Positions 14,945 through 24,946 are shown, counted from the stretch's first letter. The stretch is 64,000 nucleotides of DNA from a virus (IMGVR_UViG_3300020183_000041:21126-85125), one strand, 5' to 3'. Notes: generated by a model not told the origin, from the letters alone. Made by a program: numbers and translations.

Positions 14945-15604
14945 TTAAGCTATGTTGTTATTAAGATTATTCAGAGGAATAATCGGTGCTTCGGCTGTGT
15001 TTGAACCAAGCAGTTCTTTGGCTTTTTGGATTTCAAGTTCTTTGAAATACTCGTTTAACTGAAGATTATAGTTGTGAATAATATCTGGAGTTGCAATCTG
15101 AATCCAATAATTTTTTTGTTCTTCAATGATTTTTTTCTCAAATATTCTTTTCTTTGCCTTGTCCAAAGCACGTTGAATATCTTCTGCAAAGTCATCGTTT
15201 GTGAGGCAGAGATATCTAAAGGCTTTCTCAACTGCTGCTGTAAAAGCAGAACCTAGACTACAAGTATAAGAAGGAGCATAATTATTTAGCAACTCTTCTG
15301 CTTTATTATCAATAATTGCCAAATCTACATAATCATCTAAATCTATATTTCTAAGATGACTTTCAATGTCAAAGTTGTAACTCATCCAATTTTCAATATC
15401 ATTGGTAATATCTAAAGTTTCCACAACAGAATTATGAACAGACTCTGAAATTTCTTCTTTCAACTCATCTTTCATTTCATCAAAATTAATATGAGTAGTT
15501 ACTTCAGTAGCAAGATGATCGTAATCAATTCTTTCATCAATGATATTGCCAATGTAAGTCTCGAAATCAGTTTCGCTTACGCTAATATTTGCATTAAAAT
15601 CCAT
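14945..15604 (-). CDS. Hypothetical acidic protein
   Basis: 219 aa ORF with SD. Confidence 0.75.
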   Translation of the reverse strand: MDFNANISVSETDFETYIGNIIDERIDYDHLATEVTTHINFDEMKDELKEEISESVHNSVVETLDITNDIENWMSYNFDIESHLRNIDLDDYVDLAIIDNKAEELLNNYAPSYTCSLGSAFTAAVEKAFRYLCLTNDDFAEDIQRALDKAKKRIFEKKIIEEQKNYWIQIATPDIIHNYNLQLNEYFKELEIQKAKELLGSNTAEAPIIPLNNLNNNIA

Positions 15605-15620
15605 TTTATTTTTCCTTTAT

Positions 15621-15992
15621 CTAATTTTTAATAATTTGAATATAGTCAGTCCAGCCAATTAATTCACTTGCATATTGCCATAAATAACTACCTTTACGGA
15701 CAGGTTTATCTGCATAATCGAACCAGTCCTGATAGACATATTTCATACTTAATATTTCATTATCGTCATCGACCGTTACCTCAATCCAATCGGCAGGTCC
15801 ACCCGTTGACAATAAAATTTTAATAACTCTATAGGAAGAAACTTCTAGTGCAAGACTTATAATTTCTTCATACCCCTCAGACGATATTTCTTCATTATCT
15901 GATGATAATTTTTCATAAATTTCTTCAAGATCATTTTGTCTCGAAGACATTGCACCATCAATTCTTTCAGCACACGTTGGGTTAGATTCCAC
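15621..15992 (-). CDS. Conserved phage hypothetical protein
   Basis: ILLSTGGPADWI..YQDWFD. Confidence 0.75.
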   Translation of the reverse strand: MESNPTCAERIDGAMSSRQNDLEEIYEKLSSDNEEISSEGYEEIISLALEVSSYRVIKILLSTGGPADWIEVTVDDDNEILSMKYVYQDWFDYADKPVRKGSYLWQYASELIGWTDYIQIIKN

Positions 15993-16170
15993 TTTTTATA
16001 TCCTTTTCTGCTGATTCAATTCCTGATTCATACTCTTTTAATATGTCAACATTGAAGCGTTCATAGTATGCACCAATCATTGCTTCCGATGGAACTTCAA
16101 TTTCATTTATTCTTTTGTGGTAATAACCAACAGCAAACCAATATTTCTGAGCGTATTTTGCCCCTTTCAT
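15982..16170 (-). CDS. Hypothetical protein
   Basis: Coupled ORF. Confidence 0.6.
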   Translation of the reverse strand: MKGAKYAQKYWFAVGYYHKRINEIEVPSEAMIGAYYERFNVDILKEYESGIESAEKDIKSGI

Positions 16171-16370
16171 TACTCAACCTCTTCCAACTCAACAATATCT
16201 TGGGTTCTGCAATACCAACAAGTTGTTTCAATTGTTTTTCTGAATAGAAAGAATAGTTGTTCTTCTTCGTATTTTGCACAATTTGGGCACGTGAATTCGT
16301 TGAAGAATTCATCAGGACCAGTGATTTCAATTTCATTACCAGATACCCCAGGCGGATAGTTTGAAGACAT
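16170..16370 (-). CDS. Small Zn-ribbon protein
   Basis: NYPPGVSGNE..CPNC..CWYC. Confidence 0.7.
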   Translation of the reverse strand: MSSNYPPGVSGNEIEITGPDEFFNEFTCPNCAKYEEEQLFFLFRKTIETTCWYCRTQDIVELEEVE

Positions 16371-16372
16371 TT

Positions 16373-17308
16373 TTACTTCCAGATTTTATTTACTTCAGTT
16401 GACATATTGAAAGATTCAATTCTATTGACTCTTAACTTAGAGTTGTAACTTTCAACAATAATGAATGGAAGAGTCGTATACTTAATAGGGCCTGTATTAC
16501 GAACATTCATGATTTTTGCTTGATTAAGCATTCCATCAATTGAGTTAAACTTTTTGAGAGTATTCACAATCCTGTCTCCATCAATTGCTTTGCCATACTT
16601 CTTAAATATTATTGCAAGCGCAGTAACTGCATCGACATTGAATGAAGAAGAATGTTCACCAAAAGCACTCTTTAATGATATTAGAGCATACCCAGTATTT
16701 AGATGACCGGCATTTTTATAAATTTCTTTAAGCGTTCCAATGCCGCGAACGACACCATTACCAGGAGCATTAGATGCTTTTAATCCAAGACTTGAAAGAA
16801 TGGAATTAAGACCCATAGCATCCTTATCATTTGCTGCAACTTGTGCTTTAAAAATATCAGAAGTTTTCGGCTTCGTCCTGTCTTGATTAATCAATGTAAA
16901 AATTCTTGCCTCATCTTCAATAGAAAGATTAAAATAGACAAGAGCATTTACAGTTTTATTTTCAAAACCAAGAAGCCGCAATGCTGCTATTCTATGACCA
17001 CCGTCAATTATTGCAATAACATTGTCTTCACGCGCTGAACAGATAATAATACCAAATGCATCAGGATCAAAATTCCGAGCAATGCTTGAAACTTTTACTT
17101 CATTAGGAAACCTCTGATAAGTTGAATCCAAATACAAATCACTTACTTTAACAAGTGACTCCATTGTTGAATACGAACCATCATCAAAAGATTTTGCTCC
17201 TTTGACTATATTTTTTCTAGTGACAATAGGTACATGAAGATTATTTTTTACTTCTGACTTTGAAAGTTTCCCATCGAAGTTCAGTTCAACTTTGTTTTGG
17301 CTTTTCAT
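16373..17308 (-). CDS. ParB/Srx-like domain protein
   Basis: TYQR..IIDGGHRIAA..EDEARIFTLIN. Confidence 0.8.
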   Translation of the reverse strand: MKSQNKVELNFDGKLSKSEVKNNLHVPIVTRKNIVKGAKSFDDGSYSTMESLVKVSDLYLDSTYQRFPNEVKVSSIARNFDPDAFGIIICSAREDNVIAIIDGGHRIAALRLLGFENKTVNALVYFNLSIEDEARIFTLINQDRTKPKTSDIFKAQVAANDKDAMGLNSILSSLGLKASNAPGNGVVRGIGTLKEIYKNAGHLNTGYALISLKSAFGEHSSSFNVDAVTALAIIFKKYGKAIDGDRIVNTLKKFNSIDGMLNQAKIMNVRNTGPIKYTTLPFIIVESYNSKLRVNRIESFNMSTEVNKIWK

Positions 17309-17309
17309 T

Positions 17310-17654
17310 TCACTCTCCTGTGAAAATTGTGTTTTTGAATATTTCTTTTACTTCAGTAACGCTTTTGTTTACAAACAAAGATGCTTGCAACTTTGTAATT
17401 TTTTTGATTTTTAAATTCTTTTTTATAGATGATCTTTCTTTTGAAGAAAATGAACCCCAAATTCCATAAACTTCTTCATTATTAATTGCAAAGGTAAGAC
17501 AGTCAGCAACAACTGTGCACGCTAAACACATTGCTTTTGCTTGAATTGAACTTTTTTTATTACTGATAGGTGAGTTTGTTTCTGCAAAAAAGATTTCTCC
17601 TTTGCCTATACATAAAGCTTCATCCATCCAATTGTTATTGCTAACTGTCATCAA
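17310..17654 (-). CDS. whiB: WhiB family transcription factor
   Basis: W.DEALC..AKAMCLACTVVADC..YGIWGSFSSKER. Confidence 0.9.
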   Translation of the reverse strand: MMTVSNNNWMDEALCIGKGEIFFAETNSPISNKKSSIQAKAMCLACTVVADCLTFAINNEEVYGIWGSFSSKERSSIKKNLKIKKITKLQASLFVNKSVTEVKEIFKNTIFTGE

Positions 17655-17659
17655 ACCTC

Positions 17660-18007
17660 CTACTGATTTTTTTCAAAACTATTAATCATTGGAATAATTA
17701 CATTATTATCAAATTGTTCAAGATAAGATTCTTTATTATTTTGTATAACTTTAAACAGCGCAATTACGTGCGAACAAAGTGCACTAATTACATCAAGAGA
17801 TTTATCATCATACTCTTTCCCCTCATCAACTGCTGCATTAATCATATGCATAATAAATGCAGCAGTTTGACTAGGGTCCTCAAAATTTGTATCTTTAATA
17901 ATACGAGTTACTGTAATGAAGCGATTGAGAAATTCATTGTCATCATCATTCAGACTCATAACGTGATTGCTTGTATTCAAATTATCAAAATCATCCATGT
18001 CAAACAT
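17660..18007 (-). CDS. Hypothetical helical protein
   Basis: TAATG coupling. Confidence 0.65.
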   Translation of the reverse strand: MFDMDDFDNLNTSNHVMSLNDDDNEFLNRFITVTRIIKDTNFEDPSQTAAFIMHMINAAVDEGKEYDDKSLDVISALCSHVIALFKVIQNNKESYLEQFDNNVIIPMINSFEKNQ

Positions 18008-18507
18008 TAGTACCAAATTTCCGAGCCATTTGCGTTTTTACTAATAAATTCTAACCACCATGAAGCATAAATCCAATCATTGATAAGACTATTTTCTTCT
18101 TCAAGATTTCCTTTAACTTCACTGTAATTCTTTACATAATTAATCCACTCTTCTGTATAATCTCTCATTGTCCACGAAAGATTTAGACAGTAACTTTCAG
18201 AAAGTCCTTCACCATCATCTGTTCCTTCCCCATAAAAAGCTGAACTATCATATGGAAAATCAGAATTGAAATTTGACATACTGCCAGTAAGATAATTTCC
18301 ATACTTACCTCTATACCAACAATCTGTACCAAACATTCCTAAAGTTGCTGCTGCATCTTTAGTAAGAGGATTTGATTCTTTTTGATTTTTCCAAGGACAA
18401 CCTCCACTCTTTTGAGTTTGTTGACAATCAATTTGTTCTTCTTCATTTATAATAGCTGTACCATGTTTTTTACATGGATATACTTTTGGTATGTTGTCAA
18501 GTCCCAT
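18007..18507 (-). CDS. Conserved phage hypothetical protein
   Basis: MGLD..CWYRGKYG. Confidence 0.75.
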   Translation of the reverse strand: MGLDNIPKVYPCKKHGTAIINEEEQIDCQQTQKSGGCPWKNQKESNPLTKDAAATLGMFGTDCWYRGKYGNYLTGSMSNFNSDFPYDSSAFYGEGTDDGEGLSESYCLNLSWTMRDYTEEWINYVKNYSEVKGNLEEENSLINDWIYASWWLEFISKNANGSEIWY

Positions 18508-18929
18508 TATGCAATTAACTTTCTCAAATGATCCATCAAAGGACCACTTGCTGTGACATCTTCATCAAATATAGAATCTTCACCACTAATTTCGAGTGCG
18601 GAACCAATAATCTTTGAATCCTTTACAGAAGCAGCAAGCATTAAACGTACTCGTCTACGTTCTGGATTTTTACTTGGTGCTATTTCTTCATCACTATCAT
18701 TATTAATTGGCGCAGCCCAGCCATAAGTAATAAGGCCAAGATAATCGAAACTGGCATGGAGTTTGTCGTCATCAACATCATCAATTAGTGAATAAATATC
18801 ACCATGTTGGTGAATTAATTTAAATTCAAATTGATTATTAAGACTATTAAGCCCATACATTTTTGCATTTTTTTCATTACGATCAAACAAAAGTGTTTCG
18901 TGGATTTGTTCAAGAATTGTATTGTTCAT
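18507..18929 (-). CDS. Conserved actinophage-type hypothetical protein
   Basis: GWAAP..APSKNPERRRVRL. Confidence 0.75.
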   Translation of the reverse strand: MNNTILEQIHETLLFDRNEKNAKMYGLNSLNNQFEFKLIHQHGDIYSLIDDVDDDKLHASFDYLGLITYGWAAPINNDSDEEIAPSKNPERRRVRLMLAASVKDSKIIGSALEISGEDSIFDEDVTASGPLMDHLRKLIA

Positions 18930-19507
18930 TCGCTTTCTTCTTCCTTTGAGTAGTATTCGTATAAGTATTCTTCATCAAAATAATTAGATATAATGTCTCC
19001 CTCTGTTCTTTCGACTTCTTGTCCATTAGCCCAAATATTTCTACCACAAAATCCCATTCCTGGTTCTTCATAATAAAGACAGAATATAAGATTAGGATAA
19101 TCGCCTGAGGCTTTGTTGAACAAATCTAATGCAGGACCCCATGCTGTATCAAAATTAAATCCAATACTGGCAATACCACCACGTTCAGAAACATGCTTTT
19201 CTTGAGCAACAAACAAATTGCTTTCTTGCCATTTGGTTCCCCAATTGTCAATTCGCCAACTATACCAATCAGCATAACCATACTTTTCCAGGTTAGCTTT
19301 TTGTTCATCTGTTGGATTCATTGGAGCATTACCAATTAGCAAATCAGCAGGTGTTGGATAAAAGTTTTCAAAGAGACAATATCCATCTACAGATTTGTAT
19401 TCCTTTTCAGAAAGGTGACTTGGGACTTCTTTGATTTTAGAAATCAAAATATCTAAGTCTTTTTCTTTACCAGCAATTACTAAATGATTTTCACACCAAT
19501 TAGGCAT
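18926..19507 (-). CDS. DUF1281/YubB ferredoxin-like fold protein
   Basis: MPNWCEN..DWYSWRIDNWGTKW..FDTAW..YEEPGMGFCG. Confidence 0.8.
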   Translation of the reverse strand: MPNWCENHLVIAGKEKDLDILISKIKEVPSHLSEKEYKSVDGYCLFENFYPTPADLLIGNAPMNPTDEQKANLEKYGYADWYSWRIDNWGTKWQESNLFVAQEKHVSERGGIASIGFNFDTAWGPALDLFNKASGDYPNLIFCLYYEEPGMGFCGRNIWANGQEVERTEGDIISNYFDEEYLYEYYSKEEESE

Positions 19508-19674
19508 TATTATTCTCCCTTTTAAATATAATCTTTGTCTGTAGTTGATGATTTTAAATATTAAAGTTGTAATTCATTTATTTATCTTCTTTATTTCGAT
19601 AATGATAATTTTTAATTAAAAACATTAAAGAGATTCCAATTGAAATTAATGATATGACTAATGTAGTTTTCATA

Positions 19675-20364
19675 TTAATCAAAAAGTGAAAGTTGATTTT
19701 TATTTGCTATGATTATTTTAATGTTTGTAAGTTCTTTTTGATTTGTCCATTCATCCCATTCCTCTATTGATTCAAGATTCCACAATTCTAAGTGATAAAC
19801 GGCGGTTAAGATTTCATCATCACTTGGATAAACATCGGCATCCACATCAACACAAATTCCTAGTTCATCCGACAAATATCTGTAGACTTGAGAAGACCAA
19901 GATTCAATGTTCGTATCAATCATTGATTTAATTGAGAAATGAAGATCTTCTAATGCATTAATTGCAGCATCATATGATCTTTCACTATATTCTCCATCAT
20001 CCCATACTGGGTAATCCAGTAGTTCGTCTTTACAAGACATAGCTTTTATGAAAGCTTTTGTAATATTGTCTTCTGTTATTTGTTTGTTTTCTTTTAGAAC
20101 ACGAACACACAACCTATCGACATGACCTACAGCCCAATGATTATAAGTTTCAATTCTAAAATCATCAGGGAATTCTGCCATTAATTCTCTAGACATTAAA
20201 TCAAAGTTCATTTCATCTAGAATGCTAGAGTCTCTGTTTTTGTCAATACCACAAAAACCCCAGGTTACAAACATATCATTTGAACCCCAGTAACCGAAGT
20301 CCTCTGGTTTCTCAATAGCATCATTTGCACACCGTAAAAGGTTTTCAGAATAGGACCAATTCAT
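19675..20364 (-). CDS. Conserved phage hypothetical protein
   Basis: RDSSILD..NF..HWAVGHVD..DYPVWD. Confidence 0.75.
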   Translation of the reverse strand: MNWSYSENLLRCANDAIEKPEDFGYWGSNDMFVTWGFCGIDKNRDSSILDEMNFDLMSRELMAEFPDDFRIETYNHWAVGHVDRLCVRVLKENKQITEDNITKAFIKAMSCKDELLDYPVWDDGEYSERSYDAAINALEDLHFSIKSMIDTNIESWSSQVYRYLSDELGICVDVDADVYPSDDEILTAVYHLELWNLESIEEWDEWTNQKELTNIKIIIANKNQLSLFD

Positions 20365-20367
20365 TCT

Positions 20368-20991
20368 TTAATCTTCGTTTCCGTTGGGGGGGATTACCAA
20401 CCATTCATTTTGTTCGTCATTAATATTGTTATATCCATTAAGTTTTAGTTCACCATTAGCAATACGCCTTAAAACATCTGCTGCGTGCTTATTGTCAATA
20501 TTCCAACTTTCATTTATCATTGGCAGAAATTCAAACTTGTATTCTTCTTTGACTTGAGTCCAGATAGATTCGACTCCGCAAAAGAAAAGATTTGTCGCTT
20601 CTTGATCATTTAGACCAAGATATTCTGTAGCAAAGTTTCCGACACTATGAGAATTATAGTCTGTATCACACATTTCTAAAAATTCATCATATTTTTTTCT
20701 ATCTTCGTAATAGAAAGTTGTTGCAGCCCAGCCAGCAATACATGCTGTTGTACCACAATTCAATTGTTTAGGGAAAGCATCACGAGTAAAGTTTTGAATA
20801 TCAAACATTTCATTACATGGAGAGTCTTCCCAATAATCTCTAGAGTCATATTCAATTATTTCATTAGTATCTGTATCGCATTCTTGAACCGTATCTTCAA
20901 AGTAATTGCCAAACCATGCACCCATATGAAATTGTTCTTTTGGAGCATTTTCAATATAGTCTGCAACTTTGAGCATATTCTCTACATTCAT
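20368..20991 (-). CDS. CGTTACIAGW-family hypothetical protein
   Basis: Paralog of 21648..22229. Confidence 0.8.
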   Translation of the reverse strand: MNVENMLKVADYIENAPKEQFHMGAWFGNYFEDTVQECDTDTNEIIEYDSRDYWEDSPCNEMFDIQNFTRDAFPKQLNCGTTACIAGWAATTFYYEDRKKYDEFLEMCDTDYNSHSVGNFATEYLGLNDQEATNLFFCGVESIWTQVKEEYKFEFLPMINESWNIDNKHAADVLRRIANGELKLNGYNNINDEQNEWLVIPPNGNED

Positions 20992-21038
20992 TGTTTTCTC
21001 CTAACTTTGAGTATATTTTCTACATTCATTGTTTTCTC
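20965..21038. repeat. 36-bp direct repeat, two copies (period 38)
   Basis: 20965-21000 and 21003-21038 with 2 mismatches; duplicates the RBS region and first codons of 20368..20991. Confidence 0.9.
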
Positions 21039-21046
21039 TGTTTCAG

Positions 21047-21247
21047 TTATTCTTCTCGCCAAATTGAATTTTGCAAAATGATAGATTTATTTTGGACTGG
21101 AGCAGGTTCAGATTTATTTGAAAACAAACAAGGCTCAGATTCCATCATCAATTTAATTAAAAGATTTGGTTGAACATTTATAATTTTTAATTCTTTTTGC
21201 TGTTCTTTAGCATATTCTTCTATGTCATAAGTATCTCTGCTGGTCAT
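21047..21247 (-). CDS. Hypothetical protein
   Basis: ATGA coupling. Confidence 0.5.
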   Translation of the reverse strand: MTSRDTYDIEEYAKEQQKELKIINVQPNLLIKLMMESEPCLFSNKSEPAPVQNKSIILQNSIWREE

Positions 21248-21441
21248 TTTGATTTTGCTTTCTGTATAGAAGAAACAACACCATTGGGTGAAACTTCCCA
21301 AGGTTTGGATTTCTTTGGTTTTGTTTCTTTTAAAAACCGTTGTTCAGTAGCAGACATACCATAAAGAATTGCTCCTGTAAAAGCAATAAGAAAAATCACC
21401 GCTCCAAAACAAAAAAGAGTTGCTTCAGACACGATTACCAA
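21244..21441 (-). CDS. Small membrane protein
   Basis: One hydrophobic helix. Confidence 0.6.
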   Translation of the reverse strand: MVIVSEATLFCFGAVIFLIAFTGAILYGMSATEQRFLKETKPKKSKPWEVSPNGVVSSIQKAKSK

Positions 21442-21626
21442 TCCCTATCTTTTAATGCAAGCATAAAAGTACCAAGAGCAAGAATTGATGGCACCCAAAT
21501 ACCAACATAAATGCCATTAAGTTTATCTTCGTTAGTGTCACTACTGAAGAATAGTGAAATGCTCAAAATCAAGCCAGCAAATGCTGCAAGAATTGTTGTT
21601 GATTTAAGTATCTTTGTAGGTTTCAT
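21435..21626 (-). CDS. Small two-TM membrane protein
   Basis: SISLFF..GIYVGIWVPSILALG. Confidence 0.75.
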   Translation of the reverse strand: MKPTKILKSTTILAAFAGLILSISLFFSSDTNEDKLNGIYVGIWVPSILALGTFMLALKDRDW

Positions 21627-21647
21627 TTTTTTCTCCGTTTTGTTTAG

Positions 21648-22229
21648 TTATTGATAATAGCCATCAAGGTCGTATTCAATTTGTTCATTTTCACTGATAA
21701 TGGTATCTACATAGGCATTAGACAAATCAATTTCTTTATTTGCAATTCTTCTCAAAAGATGAACAACATCTTTCTTTGGGAAAACCCAACTATCGGTATT
21801 ACCTGTATCAAAATCCCAATCATATTCATCCCGAAAGGCATGCCAAATAGAAGGATTTTCACAATAAAATAAGTTGCCGTATTCTTCAACACCAAGATCT
21901 AGATAATTAATCGCGGTATCTAAAACATTTAAACCAGCAACGTAAGTTTTGATATCATTGTCTATCAGATAGGAATAAAAAGCCCAACCTGCAATACAAG
22001 CAGTAGTTCCGCAATGCATTCCAAGAATTTCAAATGAACCTGTTTTGTCATCTATTTCAATCTCAAGGACACTTGTTTCACCTTCAACAATTTGTTCCAA
22101 TGTAGTGATTGCAGTTGCTTCATATTCATCTGTATTAATGTACTTGCCGAACCATGAGCCCATATGAATTTCTTCATTTGGTGAATTTGCAATAAGGTCA
22201 GCAACTTTTAAAATGTTTTCTTTATTCAC
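21648..22229 (-). CDS. CGTTACIAGW-family hypothetical protein
   Basis: ENILKVAD..HMGSWFG..CGTTACIAGWA..LRRIAN. Confidence 0.8.
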   Translation of the reverse strand: MNKENILKVADLIANSPNEEIHMGSWFGKYINTDEYEATAITTLEQIVEGETSVLEIEIDDKTGSFEILGMHCGTTACIAGWAFYSYLIDNDIKTYVAGLNVLDTAINYLDLGVEEYGNLFYCENPSIWHAFRDEYDWDFDTGNTDSWVFPKKDVVHLLRRIANKEIDLSNAYVDTIISENEQIEYDLDGYYQ

Positions 22230-22567
22230 AAAACACCTGCTTTCTGTAATTCTTCCAATGCTTCATTATCCCAATGCTCTGGGAGATTTTTATCAATTAC
22301 ATCAAAAACATAATTATAGCCAGATTCGTTGTCATCTACATATTTTGCAACAACTTCACCGTATTGACCAAAATCATGTTCAAACCATTTAATTGAAAAC
22401 TGAACATCATGTTCTTCTGCTTCTGGAAAAATTCTCTCAAGCTGATTGATATACGCTTCCATTTCGATTTTTGCAATTCTTTTAAAATCGTCATGGTTTA
22501 TTTGTACACAATCTTCTTCACAAGGAACAGGACCAAGTGTATTATAATCAACTCTTGATTTAGCCAT
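22226..22567 (-). CDS. Conserved phage hypothetical protein
   Basis: GPVPCEEDCVQ..FEHDFGQYGEV..LPEHWD. Confidence 0.75.
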   Translation of the reverse strand: MAKSRVDYNTLGPVPCEEDCVQINHDDFKRIAKIEMEAYINQLERIFPEAEEHDVQFSIKWFEHDFGQYGEVVAKYVDDNESGYNYVFDVIDKNLPEHWDNEALEELQKAGVL

Positions 22568-22568
22568 T

Positions 22569-22751
22569 CTAATCACCTAATTCTTTGTAGTAGTTAATCC
22601 ATTTATTTATAATTGAACGTAGCGTTATATTGTTATAAATATCATGTTCGTATCCATCAGAGATGCTTTTCCAATCAAAAATTTCTGGATTCAAGCCCTC
22701 ATTTAATGCTAACTCTGTTAGTTGTTTTTCAAAAATTTCCCAGTTATCCAT
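22569..22751 (-). CDS. Hypothetical protein
   Basis: TAATG coupling. Confidence 0.6.
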   Translation of the reverse strand: MDNWEIFEKQLTELALNEGLNPEIFDWKSISDGYEHDIYNNITLRSIINKWINYYKELGD

Positions 22752-22894
22752 TAGTATCCACCACCGCTTTCTTCATCTTCAAAATAGTAAGTATTGCTTG
22801 GATAAACAGATTGGTCATAACAAACTGGACAAATATTATCGTCAGGTTCTTCTTCAAACACTTCGTAACAAATGAGGCATTTATAAACTTTCAT
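22751..22894 (-). CDS. Rubredoxin-like Zn-ribbon peptide, 47 aa (not in ORF track)
   Basis: MKVYKCLICYEVF..ICPVC; coupled to genes at both ends. Confidence 0.65.
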   Translation of the reverse strand: MKVYKCLICYEVFEEEPDDNICPVCYDQSVYPSNTYYFEDEESGGGY

Positions 22895-23088
22895 CAACGC
22901 CCCCATCTAAAAACTGCCATTTCCAATTCCCATTCCTCAAAATCAAAATTGTAAGCAATGTCATAATTAATGTCGTATATTGGCAGTTTTTCTCTTTCAG
23001 GGAATTTAATTGGATTGGCAGAACCAAACTTATCGCGGATTTCTTTACGCCAAGAGTTGAGCATTTTTTCTGAAATATTGTTTTTCAC
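22894..23088 (-). CDS. Hypothetical protein
   Basis: Coupled ORF. Confidence 0.6.
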   Translation of the reverse strand: MKNNISEKMLNSWRKEIRDKFGSANPIKFPEREKLPIYDINYDIAYNFDFEEWELEMAVFRWGR

Positions 23089-23330
23089 TTATTTACCACC
23101 TTATGAATATCGATTCTTGCATCATACTTAAGTCTATAATTTGTACTAGATTCAGCAACAAAAGACTTTTCTATATTAGGAAGTTCATCTCTACTAATGA
23201 ACAAAATTGTATCTTCAATTGCAATATCTAGGCGATAGCCATCGTATGAAAGAAATTCTTTAACTGCTTGTTCAATTGAATCATGTTCTTCTATTTGTCC
23301 GTATTGATTTCTTGTATAAAACTCAGTCAT
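23085..23330 (-). CDS. Hypothetical protein
   Basis: AGGAG SD before MTEFY. Confidence 0.65.
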   Translation of the reverse strand: MTEFYTRNQYGQIEEHDSIEQAVKEFLSYDGYRLDIAIEDTILFISRDELPNIEKSFVAESSTNYRLKYDARIDIHKVVNK

Positions 23331-23331
23331 T

Positions 23332-23697
23332 TTATTTACTCCTTTTATCAAAGTGATCTTTTGTGCCATAAATTGTTTCTGTTGTCCCCTCTTCAAAAGT
23401 CCAAGAGTATTCGCAACACAATGGATAATCGTTTGCTCTATACGAAACAGAATGCCAACCTTTTTGATTAGCGTACTTTGGAATCATTCTAATTAGCTTC
23501 AAAGAACAATCATGGCAAAGAGTAATTTTCTTTTGACAACTGTTCTCAATATCATCATGGAACAATCCATAACCACCAATTAAATATACATCCAATCCTC
23601 TTTCTGGAGTTGGAGCATTGAATTCATCTACTTCATATTGTTTTTGACACATGTCGCATATTGTTATATTCATGCCCTTTTCCTTTTTCCTTCCCAC
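23332..23697 (-). CDS. Cys-rich hypothetical protein
   Basis: CDMC..GGYG..LCHDC. Confidence 0.7.
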   Translation of the reverse strand: MGRKKEKGMNITICDMCQKQYEVDEFNAPTPERGLDVYLIGGYGLFHDDIENSCQKKITLCHDCSLKLIRMIPKYANQKGWHSVSYRANDYPLCCEYSWTFEEGTTETIYGTKDHFDKRSK

Positions 23698-23700
23698 AGT

Positions 23701-23934
23701 TCAAAGTTCATTTATGACTTTAACAAAGTCATTTGCTTTTGACCAAAAAACTCTAACTTGAAGATTGTTATAGTGAGCAGATTTACGAATTGCTTTATTA
23801 ACATCTTCTTTTTCTTCTTTAGAAGAAGCTGTTATTTCAATTTGCATACATTCACCAACTCGAATTGCAGATACTTTTCGATGAATGTATTTTTCTAAGT
23901 CTGTGCTAAATTCAACATACTTTTGCATCGTCAA
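23701..23934 (-). CDS. Small protein, possible distant family B fold
   Basis: VGE..I..AIRKSAH..NLQVRVFWS. Confidence 0.6.
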   Translation of the reverse strand: MTMQKYVEFSTDLEKYIHRKVSAIRVGECMQIEITASSKEEKEDVNKAIRKSAHYNNLQVRVFWSKANDFVKVINEL

Positions 23935-23946
23935 ATTTACCTTTCT

Positions 23947-24324
23947 TTATTGTGGATATTCATCATAGTCATTTTCAAGCTGAACACAAAGATAGTCTTT
24001 GTCAAGACAGTCTTGACAAAGATTTATTTCATGCTTTGGGCTTCGATAATTTGCAATTGCCATTTCTTTGTATGTCTTTGTTTGAAGACATTCATGACAA
24101 ACGCATTCTTTGTTTGCAAGATTTTTTTTGAAATACCTTGCTCGTTGTTTTGCATTTTTGGAATTACGCTTACGCTCTGATTCAATTTTTTCAAGCATTT
24201 CAGAAATCAGTTGAGCTTTGAGTTTGGTTTTTTCAGCCCTTGTCAAGGTTTTAATGTATTCAACTCTGAGCCCTTTTGTTTTCATGAAGCTAATGATTTG
24301 ATCTGAAGTGAATTTATTATTCAT
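23947..24324 (-). CDS. Basic protein with CxxC..CxxC
   Basis: CHEC..CQDC. Confidence 0.65.
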   Translation of the reverse strand: MNNKFTSDQIISFMKTKGLRVEYIKTLTRAEKTKLKAQLISEMLEKIESERKRNSKNAKQRARYFKKNLANKECVCHECLQTKTYKEMAIANYRSPKHEINLCQDCLDKDYLCVQLENDYDEYPQ

Positions 24325-24644
24325 GATTGTTTCTCCACATTCTTTACTGCTCGGTACATCTCAACTGTTTTTTCAATCAATTCGATTGCGCGATGATTGA
24401 AACCACCAATATGCCAATAATATTTGCCATACGGTGTCTCACACATTTTCCAATCGTAAATGGTTGCAATTGTCCCATCTTCAAATTGAACTACCCATTC
24501 GCAAGTTACTTTTTCAAAGGAATAATCTTGAGGGCCATAATTTGGTTTACCAAAAATTTCAACAATTTCATCAAATGTTGATTGGACATAGCCTTGAAGA
24601 CAAGTACCATTTGCTTTAATATTTTCTGCTGTATTAAATTTCAT
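24321..24644 (-). CDS. Conserved phage hypothetical protein
   Basis: GTCLQGY..FGKP..KVTCEW..ATIYDWK..WHIGG. Confidence 0.8.
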   Translation of the reverse strand: MKFNTAENIKANGTCLQGYVQSTFDEIVEIFGKPNYGPQDYSFEKVTCEWVVQFEDGTIATIYDWKMCETPYGKYYWHIGGFNHRAIELIEKTVEMYRAVKNVEKQS

Positions 24645-24946
24645 TATTTTCTCCAGTTTTCAATGACATAGGCATTAATTTTTTTATCAATAGTTTCACA
24701 ATGAAATGGGTCATAAGGAGTTGAACGAATTTCATTTGCAAGTTTTGGATTAACTTGCCTAAGGACATTGAAATAAGTTTGCCCCTCTTTACATTTTGGA
24801 TTTTCAAGTTTTGCTTGTTCAAATTTTGTCGCAAAAATTGAAAACTCAAAGAAAACATCGTACAAATCTTCAATTTCTTTTTCTGTCATGTGTACTTCTT
24901 TATTTCGAATTTTTCTTATAATTTTTTCAAAGTTATCATCATTCAT
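24644..24946 (-). CDS. Hypothetical protein
   Basis: GQTYFNVL..IRSTPYDPF. Confidence 0.7.
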   Translation of the reverse strand: MNDDNFEKIIRKIRNKEVHMTEKEIEDLYDVFFEFSIFATKFEQAKLENPKCKEGQTYFNVLRQVNPKLANEIRSTPYDPFHCETIDKKINAYVIENWRK

